Part shown: in pieces, positions 55,789 to 64,000 of the stretch
Numbering within the stretch: position 1 is the stretch's first letter
Layout of the letters: each line of letters begins with the position of its first letter
Virus record (IMG/VR): IMGVR_UViG_3300029305_003320
Coordinates: 1-64,000 of that record
DNA length: 64,000 nt
Source: a virus
Taxonomy: Duplodnaviria; Caudoviricetes
Direction: 5' to 3' (one strand)
Notes under the pieces: generated by a model
What the model was told of the DNA's origin: nothing
Seen by the model: only the letters and a program-made list of their open reading frames with translations
Databases searched by the model: none
Position numbers and translations under genes: made by a program

Positions 55789-56037
55789 CTAAAACGAGAA
55801 GTAATGATCATGAACGTAGTTCACTAAATCGCCGACAGTTTTAATTGACTCGCTATCGTTCTCTGGAATAGAGATATCAAATTCTTCTTCTATTGCCAAT
55901 ATGAGTTCGACAACATCAAGAGTGTCTGCAGCAAGATCCTCAATCAAATCCGAATCTAGTTTAATGTTCTCCTTGGATACTCCAAGTTGAATATGTACGA
56001 CATTCTTTACTCTGTCAATTAGTTGCTGCTCAGTCAT
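55789..56037 (-). CDS. acpP: Acyl carrier protein homolog with Thr at the phosphopantetheine Ser
   Basis: QLGV...IKLDSDLIEDLAADTLDVVELILAIEEEFDISIPENDSESIKTVGDLVNYV; canonical motif is DLGADSLD; Thr codon ACT at 55923-55921. Confidence 0.9.
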   Translation of the reverse strand: MTEQQLIDRVKNVVHIQLGVSKENIKLDSDLIEDLAADTLDVVELILAIEEEFDISIPENDSESIKTVGDLVNYVHDHYFSF

Positions 56038-56039
56038 AT

Positions 56040-56507
56040 TTACTCCCTATTCACCTTGATGTTAAAGTCAAAAGCGCACGATTTCTTGGCAACATCCATC
56101 TGCCAAAGATCTGCAAGTTTCTGCAGCCATGCTCCATGTGCTTCACGCATCATTACCCTATAAAGAACATCGGTCATTTTAGTATCCATGATCTTGTGAG
56201 GATCGTATTCAGGGAAAATGTCAGGAATCAGAAGTTTAATATTGCTAAAAGGATCTTTATCCCATTCACCTGTCTTTTCATCCTTCATGTAAAGAGCAAC
56301 TGAAAATTTGCCTTCAAGATTCTTTTCTATCAGGTTTCTAGACAGGTTACTGAGACTATGGGAGAATCTAAACAGCACTGGTGTCTCTACTTCACCGTCT
56401 TTATAAATGAACATCCAGCTAAGATCCTTAAGATTAAATTCAAATGTAGGAACATTCTTAACGACCTTGCTTTCGTGAACCTTATTTTCTATGACTGCTT
56501 CGGACAT
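56040..56507 (-). CDS. Hypothetical protein
   Basis: 155 aa, AAGGAG RBS. Confidence 0.75.
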   Translation of the reverse strand: MSEAVIENKVHESKVVKNVPTFEFNLKDLSWMFIYKDGEVETPVLFRFSHSLSNLSRNLIEKNLEGKFSVALYMKDEKTGEWDKDPFSNIKLLIPDIFPEYDPHKIMDTKMTDVLYRVMMREAHGAWLQKLADLWQMDVAKKSCAFDFNIKVNRE

Positions 56508-56566
56508 ATTTGGTCTCCTTGTTAATCATAATAAGGGTATTACGCCTAAATATATAAAAATAAGTA

Positions 56567-56596
56567 ACCACTCTGGGGATAACTCCCCAGAGTGGT
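56567..56596. terminator. Hairpin
   Basis: accactctgggga-taac-tccccagagtggt. Confidence 0.75.
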
Positions 56597-56618
56597 CTTA
56601 GCAGTGGTACTGCACAGA

Positions 56619-57323
56619 TTAATCGTTATACTCTGTATCTTCACCAAGTTCTTCGTCTAGTACTCTTGTAGAAGCATAATGCCCGTTCTGTAGGGCTTTA
56701 AGTATAACTTCTTGCATGGCAGACAGCTGTTCTGTTGTAGCACTAGAACCCAACGGAGTCTTATCTATGAGAACAGCTAGCTGAGTTATAAACTTTAGAA
56801 TCATCTCATTATTTCTATTAACGAGGGTCTGAAGATCATCTATCTGCGACTTGGACCAAGTTTCATCCTTAGTGAAGTAGTTAGACAAATCGATTGCATT
56901 ATTAAACGCTGCCCAGTATTTCTCATACCTAACTTCTTCAGTATTAGGGTCGACTACTGCTTCCACGGTGTAGATGTATCCAGTACCATTAACTATGTAA
57001 AAATCTCCATGCTTAGGATCTGGTATTTCACTTAGAGACTCAACACTTGCTCTAGATCCTTTCCAGTTGATACCAGCTTTAAGACTTTTTGTATCATCGG
57101 TGAGTTTGAACTCAAGCCCGTTTAGCTTAGTATCTACAACACTAGTTGTGTACTTGTCAAGAGAAGCGCGTATAGCGGCATCGCGTTCTGCAGCTTCTTT
57201 TTTGATAGCGTTCTTTACAAGAGCTTCAACCACATTGGCCGGATACACCAATGCGTTTTGCGGTATAGAACCAGCTCTAACTGGTTCAACTATAACCACA
57301 TTTTCAGGGGATTCATTGGCCAT
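56619..57323 (-). CDS. Fibre-like virion protein
   Basis: INWKGSRASVESL...GDFYIV...IDLSNYFTKDE, a motif common in phage fibres; start refined to MANESP. Confidence 0.6.
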   Translation of the reverse strand: MANESPENVVIVEPVRAGSIPQNALVYPANVVEALVKNAIKKEAAERDAAIRASLDKYTTSVVDTKLNGLEFKLTDDTKSLKAGINWKGSRASVESLSEIPDPKHGDFYIVNGTGYIYTVEAVVDPNTEEVRYEKYWAAFNNAIDLSNYFTKDETWSKSQIDDLQTLVNRNNEMILKFITQLAVLIDKTPLGSSATTEQLSAMQEVILKALQNGHYASTRVLDEELGEDTEYND

Positions 57324-57410
57324 TTTAGCATCCTTTTTAAGAATTAAAATGTCATAACATTGCAACCTTCGCAACCATCGTATGCGTTAAAAATCTAAGG
57401 AGATTTGATT

Positions 57411-58442
57411 ATGTCAGATGCATATCCAGTAGCCAATCTGGAGTTTGGCGAGATCAAGATGAGCGAATATATCGCTGACATATCTGATCTTGCTTTACTC
57501 CTTAAGGCTAATGAGGAATACATAAAAGGAGGGATATTAACCCCATCTCTTCCTGAGGGTTCTGACCTTCCTCTAAATACAATAATTCAGCTTACAGAAG
57601 CAGTTCCTGGGACTGACGGGAATGGCAATGCGTTTGTTGCGGGGCATTTCTATCAGTACGTTAATACCACCGGCACCCCTAACTGGTATGATGTCACTGA
57701 AGGGGTTACTCGCATTAAACGTACAGGGTATGGGTGCTATTACACTATAGATAGTCAGCATGTGAAATGTGTCTGGTCTGATCCGGTTTCTGATGCTGAT
57801 GATAATGAGTGGGCTAAATCTGAGTTATATCTTGTATATGCTGACACAAATGGAATGACTCAGTACGAGCTCATGTATACTGAACTTGACTTCAACGATT
57901 GCTCCAAAAAAGATGGAATAGTCATAGATGTCAGTGATGGAATAGATGTGTCTAAGAGTAAGTTTGTTGTAAGGTATTATTTTGAAGACACTACAACTTA
58001 TTCGTCTATAACACTACCTCCAGTTACCAATATGGCTAGGTCTAGTGCATTCAGCATATTCCAGTCTGATTGGGCGGAATCGGATCCAAATAACGCGTCC
58101 TTTATTCAGAACAAGCCGGTTCTTATTAGAAGAATATGGTGTGAGGGGAACGATGTTTATGTTGATTCAGACGATCCTTCTATTCGCGATAGGATAAGTC
58201 TAGATGAACATGGGAATATTTGGCTAGATAATCTACAGTCTATCAAGATAGGTCGTGTTAACAACTATCCTGACACAGATGGTTCTGAACTACAAACAGT
58301 TGATCTGGTAGACACAGAGACGTTTGTTTGTAGAGAAGAAGATATCATCTCTAAGTTAAACACATTAGCTACTGCCTACAATACCTTAGTCGGTGTCGTG
58401 ACAGCTTTACTTAACGCAGGCAAACCAACAACGGAACCTTAA
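57411..58442 (+). CDS. Tail-fibre-like virion protein
   Basis: QSDWAESDPNNASFIQNKP fibre motif; C-terminal coiled coil; AAGGAG RBS. Confidence 0.6.
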   Translation: MSDAYPVANLEFGEIKMSEYIADISDLALLLKANEEYIKGGILTPSLPEGSDLPLNTIIQLTEAVPGTDGNGNAFVAGHFYQYVNTTGTPNWYDVTEGVTRIKRTGYGCYYTIDSQHVKCVWSDPVSDADDNEWAKSELYLVYADTNGMTQYELMYTELDFNDCSKKDGIVIDVSDGIDVSKSKFVVRYYFEDTTTYSSITLPPVTNMARSSAFSIFQSDWAESDPNNASFIQNKPVLIRRIWCEGNDVYVDSDDPSIRDRISLDEHGNIWLDNLQSIKIGRVNNYPDTDGSELQTVDLVDTETFVCREEDIISKLNTLATAYNTLVGVVTALLNAGKPTTEP

Positions 58443-58444
58443 TC

Positions 58445-59926
58445 ATGGCAAAAGTAAAAATTGGTACCCTGAGTAATCCCGACACCCGCCTCGATAAGAA
58501 CTCAGGTAATGCGATTGCTAATAATGCTGTCGCGCTAGCTCTAGAAGCTCTTATTCCTAACTATCTGGAGGGTAAGTCTGCAGAAGCATTTAAACGCACT
58601 ACAGATAAACTGATAGTTAAAGATAGCACATTTACAGATTTTCCTGCATCTGTGCATGTGTTTAGTAATGGAATATTCTCTGGGCCAGATGGTCTGATGA
58701 TGCCGACTGACAGAACAGCCACTGGAGGTGAGAATTTTCATGGTATATTTTTTAGGCAGCAGAACGAAGAAGGTGAATTTGTATATAGTAATAAACTTAT
58801 GATGGCAGGTTCTATTAATCTGCCGGTGTATGATAGGATTAATGACAGGTACATCATATCTGCTGAATATGGTGTGTTTTATGGGGTTCCTAGCGGGACT
58901 ATTCCGAATCGTACTATATCCTGGACCAGATACAATAATGGTATATTCAACTCCGGAGACAATTGCGCGCCATCGGCGTTTATTGTAGAAAGATTTGATA
59001 TTAGTACAAAAACATCGACTGAAAAATGTATAAGTCTTATTGGGAGAGCTTGCTCTAATAACGGAGGAGCTGGGTGGTATGGAATTACTTCCGACGGTAC
59101 AAGTTCATCTAGAGCACCTAGTGCCATTATAAATGAAGTTGTAGTTGCATGCAAACCTTCTGGAGGACTTGAATATAGTACAACTCTTGTACCAGAGATG
59201 TTTAAATCCTCTCCTACAGGATCTGCAATAACTTGGACAGATGTTCCTGAATTCTCCAATGTTAAATTTACAGGATTAACTATGTCAACTTTGCCTAATG
59301 GTGTAAAAGTGATTTACGCTAAATCCAATGGCATGGTTGTGCTGTCATATGACGGAATTACCTGGGACGAAGTTTTCAGTTACACTCCTGATGTTGTAAA
59401 TACCGGAAGAAAATGTGTTTTCATAACAGATTCTGGAGGAATAGTCGTAGCAACTGAAGATGATTTGTGGTTTTCAGATATGCTACCTGCAGCTACAATC
59501 GAAATGACTAAGTGCTCCATATCAGGATCAGACTGGAGAACTCCAACTGTCGTTCGTTTAGATGACACTACGTTTTATGTAACAACGAGAGTGTCGTCGT
59601 ATGGATTGGCTGTGTCTACTGATGGAAAGAACTGGACAGATCTCTCTGCGATTAACTTTAGTGATACCACTACTAAGGGCATTATAGATAATCCTGTTGT
59701 CTTTGATGGGAATATATACTTTCCGACATACGACGGGATTAACTATATTAGAATGATGCCTGTAACAGAGTTCTTTGAGATGATAGCACTCGACCGCATT
59801 GTTAGTGAGCACATAGATCTTCTTCCAGAAGGATCTACTGCGTTATTTGACAATGAAGATCTGCGTGATAAGATCAATGAACTTATTTCTGTGGTTAATG
59901 CTATACGGAAAATTGTAAAAGCATGA
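58445..59926 (+). CDS. Receptor-binding/fibre protein with Asp-box (BNR) beta-propeller
   Basis: DTRLDKNSGNAIANNAV N-terminal fibre motif; SYDGITW and STDGKNW Asp-boxes; C-terminal coiled coil. Confidence 0.6.
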   Translation: MAKVKIGTLSNPDTRLDKNSGNAIANNAVALALEALIPNYLEGKSAEAFKRTTDKLIVKDSTFTDFPASVHVFSNGIFSGPDGLMMPTDRTATGGENFHGIFFRQQNEEGEFVYSNKLMMAGSINLPVYDRINDRYIISAEYGVFYGVPSGTIPNRTISWTRYNNGIFNSGDNCAPSAFIVERFDISTKTSTEKCISLIGRACSNNGGAGWYGITSDGTSSSRAPSAIINEVVVACKPSGGLEYSTTLVPEMFKSSPTGSAITWTDVPEFSNVKFTGLTMSTLPNGVKVIYAKSNGMVVLSYDGITWDEVFSYTPDVVNTGRKCVFITDSGGIVVATEDDLWFSDMLPAATIEMTKCSISGSDWRTPTVVRLDDTTFYVTTRVSSYGLAVSTDGKNWTDLSAINFSDTTTKGIIDNPVVFDGNIYFPTYDGINYIRMMPVTEFFEMIALDRIVSEHIDLLPEGSTALFDNEDLRDKINELISVVNAIRKIVKA

Positions 59927-59931
59927 ATTCT

Positions 59932-59969
59932 AGTGGAGTACCTGCGGCATTAGCCGCAGGTACTCCACT
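59932..59969. terminator. Hairpin between convergent genes
   Basis: agtggagtacctgcggc-atta-gccgcaggtactccact. Confidence 0.8.
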
Positions 59970-59976
59970 TTAGGAT

Positions 59977-60483
59977 TTACGATCCGAAAAATGAATTTAT
60001 GAGATCTATCAGTTTATTGACTGCTGTAACTATTTCTTCTTCTGACCAATTTTCGGCGTTTATTTTGTCCAGATTCTCAAAACTAACACCATTATCCGGA
60101 ATCTTCTTGGTGTTTCCAAGGATTGCTAGGAAATTATTCAAACTAGTTGACAGCTGAGCTAGTTTAGGAACTGAAGGGACCTTATTTACATTAGCATTTA
60201 CAGCTGTCTTACTATTAGTAGTGTGATCGGCTATAGCTCTGGCCACATCCTTCGTGGTTGCAAAATTGGTATCTGGATTAGCTGCTATGTTCACTATCTC
60301 AGTGATATCGGTCCCGTTGATAAAGACCTTCCTACCTTTAAGGTTGAGAGTTCCATCTGCAGCATCGAGTCTTAGTTCGGAGCCTTTTTTGTAAAGAACC
60401 TCGTGGACCCGCATAGTGTTACCGCCGATTACATAATAGACGTTGCCGTCTTCCCTTTTTTGATAACCAGGGGTGGTTGCCAT
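59977..60483 (-). CDS. Short fibre-like protein
   Basis: Beta-spiral-like LRLDAADGTLNLKGRKVFING; C-terminal EEIVTAVNKLIDLIN coil. Confidence 0.5.
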   Translation of the reverse strand: MATTPGYQKREDGNVYYVIGGNTMRVHEVLYKKGSELRLDAADGTLNLKGRKVFINGTDITEIVNIAANPDTNFATTKDVARAIADHTTNSKTAVNANVNKVPSVPKLAQLSTSLNNFLAILGNTKKIPDNGVSFENLDKINAENWSEEEIVTAVNKLIDLINSFFGS

Positions 60484-60541
60484 ATACGCTCCTTATTTTC
60501 TTTTAAATTAAAACAAATTTTGTACATAAGATCGCCGCCAA

Positions 60542-60548
60542 TTTTATG
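60542..60548 (+). promoter_or_regulatory. Late-type promoter motif TTTTATG
   Basis: ATTTTATGAACTT upstream of 60571. Confidence 0.5.
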
Positions 60549-60570
60549 AACTTTTTTGGAGGCACTTAAA

Positions 60571-62079
60571 ATGAAGAGATTCGGTTCATTTAAGCCGCTA
60601 GATTCAGTTGTCTCTCAGGATAAACTATCTAATCTCCACGTAGCAGTCAGCTCTGTATCAGAGCTGACTGAGGAGTATCCTAATAACACGATAGCTGTAT
60701 TCATCAAAGCGGACGGGATTTATGAGCAAGGAGATGTTGCCGTCAAGAAGAATGGTGTGTGGACTAGGCTAAAGTCTCACTTTGCCTCAGTTGGTCCTGT
60801 CACTAATCTCAGAGGATTTAGACTTGATAAAAAGGTTTATCTAAAGTATAAATCTCCTACAGATAGTGTTGATAATAGAGGCAATATTACTGCCAGATGG
60901 AGAAAGGAAATCGTAGTAAGAAAGTACGGCTCCGCTCCTACAACTGAATACGATGGAACTATTGTGCGAGTTGTCACTAGGAAGAATGTTTTCAATGACA
61001 ATGCTTCTCAGTATTTGGTGGACTATATCCCAGATGCTGATAAAGACTCTCAGTGGTATTACAGAGTATTTGTAGTCGCTGACAATGGAAAAATTGATTA
61101 TAATAACACAGCACCTGGTATCACTATTTACGATATGCCATGGAGTAGTGTAATTGAAGCTGTGAGAGACGGACAGGCTAGTAAGATCTTTTCTGTTGGA
61201 GATGCGTTTAGGCTTGATGACGGCAATGAACTTGTTATAGCTAATATAACAACACGTTCTCCATACAGAATAACCATGCTTCTCAGGTATCCTAGATATA
61301 TGATGCCGTTTGATGGAGTTAAAGGTCAGTATAGACTAACAAGAGATACAAGAGTAGTCGCCAGGAAAACCTACTATACAGTCGATCCTTCATCTCCTAC
61401 TGGATACAGCGTTGCATCTTTGTATTCTGGTACTCCGATAACAATAGATCTATACGAGGAAGTTAAGGCTGGTATCTCAAGTAAAGGCGATGCTGGCAGA
61501 ATAACTAATGGATGCAATAGGTGGTCCATATCCGACATTAGGTATTGGATGAATCTCATGAATTACTCATCTGTATCTAGCGCAGATAAAGCATTTATGA
61601 GACTACATGGCGGAGAACTTACTGAAGAGGAGTTTGATAACCCTTCAATCATACCAAATAGCAAGCCGATTCCCCCGTACTTATATCTTAAGAGGTACCA
61701 GCCTGATATCCTTGGGTGCATAGCAACTACGACTTGCAAAACTGCACTTCCGCCTGTAGACGGCATTAATATGGAAGAAACTCAAGATAAGTTCTTTATT
61801 CCTTCTTATACAGAAATAACTGGTGAGAAGAATAATGATAAGTATTCAGAGGGGTCCCAGCTTGAATTGTATTCCGAAGGTTTAGAAACTGGTGTGTGTA
61901 AAAGACTTGTAGTTGATGGAGGTGAAACATCCTTCATAGAAGCTGCATGTTTTACACGATCTCCATATCTCGGAGATTCGTCTAATGGGTTCCAACTTCT
62001 ACCTACATACGGAGGAGAAGCTAGGCTCATGACGGCCAAAACTGACGGTGCGATACTAGTCGCATTTAACATAGGTTAA
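60571..62079 (+). CDS. DUF6273-like domain virion protein
   Basis: FSVGD, GCNRWSISDIRYWMN, DKFFIPSYTEI, EGSQLELY and FTRSPY motifs; N-terminal Fn3-like IVVRKYGSAPTTEYDG; start refined to MKRFG. Confidence 0.65.
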   Translation: MKRFGSFKPLDSVVSQDKLSNLHVAVSSVSELTEEYPNNTIAVFIKADGIYEQGDVAVKKNGVWTRLKSHFASVGPVTNLRGFRLDKKVYLKYKSPTDSVDNRGNITARWRKEIVVRKYGSAPTTEYDGTIVRVVTRKNVFNDNASQYLVDYIPDADKDSQWYYRVFVVADNGKIDYNNTAPGITIYDMPWSSVIEAVRDGQASKIFSVGDAFRLDDGNELVIANITTRSPYRITMLLRYPRYMMPFDGVKGQYRLTRDTRVVARKTYYTVDPSSPTGYSVASLYSGTPITIDLYEEVKAGISSKGDAGRITNGCNRWSISDIRYWMNLMNYSSVSSADKAFMRLHGGELTEEEFDNPSIIPNSKPIPPYLYLKRYQPDILGCIATTTCKTALPPVDGINMEETQDKFFIPSYTEITGEKNNDKYSEGSQLELYSEGLETGVCKRLVVDGGETSFIEAACFTRSPYLGDSSNGFQLLPTYGGEARLMTAKTDGAILVAFNIG

Positions 62080-62089
62080 GGAGTTAATT

Positions 62090-64000
62090 ATGGCAAAAAG
62101 ATTTGGAGAAATTAGACAGCCAGAACAACTCCTCGATGTGGAGAATCTGACTGGATACATTTATGCTACAGAGGAACTGCCCGATCCATCCTCAGTAGAG
62201 CTTCTAACTTGCAGATTTCTGCTTAAGTATCAAGAAATAGGAGAAGATCGTTATGCTCCTGGCAGAATCTATATTGTCAGACTCATTGATGATCAGCCTA
62301 CTTGGATCGATATTACCATAACTGAACGAGGGGCACTTGCTGCTCCATCTGGTGTATGGAAACGTCTGACAACTGATGCTATCATTCTACATTGGCTGAG
62401 TCCTGAAGATGTAGTAGATAATGAAGATCCTTTCGAATCTGCCACATGGGATCATGATGTGATAGTCAGAAAGAGAGGTGAGGTTCCTACTAATCCCCAA
62501 GACGGAGAAGTTGTAGGATATTCTCCAATTAAAAGTCAGTATCATGAAAACTCTTTGGGGTTCGTGCATCCGCTAGATCCTGCTTATGACAAAGACTACT
62601 ATTACAGAATCTTTGCTGTGACCAAGAGCGGTGTATACACAGGATCCGATCCTATTAAAGCTTCATGGACATGGCCAGAAATTAGAGAGGAAATAGGTAA
62701 GAGCGAGGATAATATCGGACTTTACAAAAAGATGTTTCGTATAGGAGATATATTCCCACTTCCTAAACATTCCAAGTATGGTACTCTTTATGCCCAGCTT
62801 GTAGACTGCAAATATTCTCTAAAGCGTGAATACAGTGGTGGTAGCGCTCACATATACAATCCAGAGAGTCTGACATTCATGATAACCAATGTGTTAGGAG
62901 CTAACTCTTCTGGTTGTGGTGGGTTGTCATTCGACAATAAAGAGCTTAAGTACACTCTCACCAATGATACTGTGTTTAAAACTAATAAGAAGTATTTTGT
63001 AAGAGATCCTTCTGTTAGTGTAACTGATGCTACCTCTGAAGATGAATTATTTGTAGAATACAACTACAGAGAAACTTATTCTGCAGGTGCACATTTGCCA
63101 ACAACATTGCTTGAGAGCTATGATGGGCATTGTAAGAATGACATATATGAGCTAAACACATCTATACGGTATTTCCAGAACAATTCTGCTATACGAGCAA
63201 GAGAAATAGATGTAACAGCACAGGTATTTAACATGTCAGGAAATGGGTCGTGGGTAGAATCTAATATCAGATCTTGGCTAAACACCGATCTTCCTTCTGT
63301 GACAGCACTTTCTAGTGCAGGATATTCACAGTATCCAACTAACGACAGATATGGATGGAAATTAGTTACACCAGAATCTCGGTGGAAAGAAGCGTCTGAT
63401 GAGATAATCAACCAGGATGAATCCAAGACCAATGTGTGGTTTAGTAATCCTCGTAATGGTTGGTTCTATGCAGATGTAACTAACTTACAGAATGTCGCAC
63501 CTGAGGATCCTGATTCTGCTCATTACGTAGATATTCCGTTGTTCACACACGGATTCCGTGATACAGAAGAGGGCAGAGCTTTCCTAGACTGCGTAATGAC
63601 ATCATACATCAGTACATTTACTGATGCTTATGTTAACAGAAACATTAAAGACACTGTTAATGACAACTCCAATGTAAGCACAGTAATAGTTAAGCAGTCT
63701 CTTGATAAGTTTTGGCTACCATCTTTCGTAGAGATATTCGGAAAGAATGCTCGTGCCGGGTACAATGGAGATATCAACACTTCTAACTTTGGATCCAACA
63801 ATGAAGGATCCTGTTTCAAGTTATTCAACTCATCATTTGATGAAGTTGAGATAAAAAGAAGTGTTCCTTATTCAAGAGATCTTCGGATTAAACTAGACCT
63901 ACTCGGCAATCCGTGCAAGTGGTACACTAGGTCAGTTGATCAAACATCTCCAGGTAGAGTGTTCTATGTTGACAAGGATCTTCCTGAAGATACAAGGGAT
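62090..64000 (+). CDS. DUF6273-like domain virion protein paralog, partial (runs off the window end)
   Basis: AAGGAG RBS, MAKRFGEIRQPE; VIVRKRGEVPTNPQDG, GSWVESNIRSWLN, DKFWLPSFVEIFG, WYTRS read at several points; not in the ORF track; frame not checked codon by codon. Confidence 0.7.
   Translation, partial: MAKRFGEIRQPEQLLDVENLTGYIYATEELPDPSSVELLTCRFLLKYQEIGEDRYAPGRIYIVRLIDDQPTWIDITITERGALAAPSGVWKRLTTDAIILHWLSPEDVVDNEDPFESATWDHDVIVRKRGEVPTNPQDGEVVGYSPIKSQYHENSLGFVHPLDPAYDKDYYYRIFAVTKSGVYTGSDPIKASWTWPEIREEIGKSEDNIGLYKKMFRIGDIFPLPKHSKYGTLYAQLVDCKYSLKREYSGGSAHIYNPESLTFMITNVLGANSSGCGGLSFDNKELKYTLTNDTVFKTNKKYFVRDPSVSVTDATSEDELFVEYNYRETYSAGAHLPTTLLESYDGHCKNDIYELNTSIRYFQNNSAIRAREIDVTAQVFNMSGNGSWVESNIRSWLNTDLPSVTALSSAGYSQYPTNDRYGWKLVTPESRWKEASDEIINQDESKTNVWFSNPRNGWFYADVTNLQNVAPEDPDSAHYVDIPLFTHGFRDTEEGRAFLDCVMTSYISTFTDAYVNRNIKDTVNDNSNVSTVIVKQSLDKFWLPSFVEIFGKNARAGYNGDINTSNFGSNNEGSCFKLFNSSFDEVEIKRSVPYSRDLRIKLDLLGNPCKWYTRSVDQTSPGRVFYVDKDLPEDTRD

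Noticed and set aside
29896-56037. Host assignment from lipoprotein, signal peptide and ACP style
   Set aside because: They suggest a diderm host, but nothing here is diagnostic without database searches
4460-59969. Intergenic hairpins as a REP/MITE family or ncRNAs
   Set aside because: Stem sequences differ from each other, with no shared consensus or target-site duplication; no tRNA cloverleaf seen
60571-64000. DUF6273-like genes as diversity-generating retroelement targets
   Set aside because: No reverse transcriptase or template/variable repeat pair seen in the window; cannot be excluded beyond 64000
1-64000. Alternative genetic code (stop-codon recoding)
   Set aside because: The standard code gives long, tightly packed ORFs up to ~1470 aa, with TAA, TAG and TGA all used as stops

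Overview
A gene-dense segment of a phiKZ-like jumbo myovirus genome, read in the standard bacterial code. Identification rests on a divergent family-B DNA polymerase subunit (gp050-like), a syntenic block of phiKZ gp087/088/089/090-like virion genes, many inner-head-type paralogs, repeated TATATTAC early-type and TTTTATG late-type promoter motifs, and over 20 long perfect intergenic hairpins. Family names come from motif recognition and recall, not database searches. Layout: DNA polymerase; an assembly operon (baseplate-hub/tail-chaperone-like pair with a candidate -1 frameshift, GroEL-like chaperonin); head and baseplate genes; dNMP kinase; lipoprotein and papain protease; an accessory cluster at 34.7-41.4 kb; a run of small early genes; and a large tail-fibre/receptor-binding region. 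Top findings: (1) eight unrelated proteins (papain-fold deamidase-like, Nudix, ART-like plus transglutaminase-like fusion, HAD phosphatase, inner-head-like) share one N-terminal tag, M-[KR]-[VI]-[ND]-F-G, mostly followed by a prohead-protease-type S/A/G-x-E site, suggesting a capsid-loading signal for an injected enzyme set; (2) an acyl carrier protein with Thr at the phosphopantetheine Ser; (3) an in-frame T TTT TTC slippery site with a downstream stem; (4) a YadA-head protein with a signal peptide and an early-type promoter. No tRNA, rRNA, CRISPR array, reverse transcriptase or chimallin gene was recognised.
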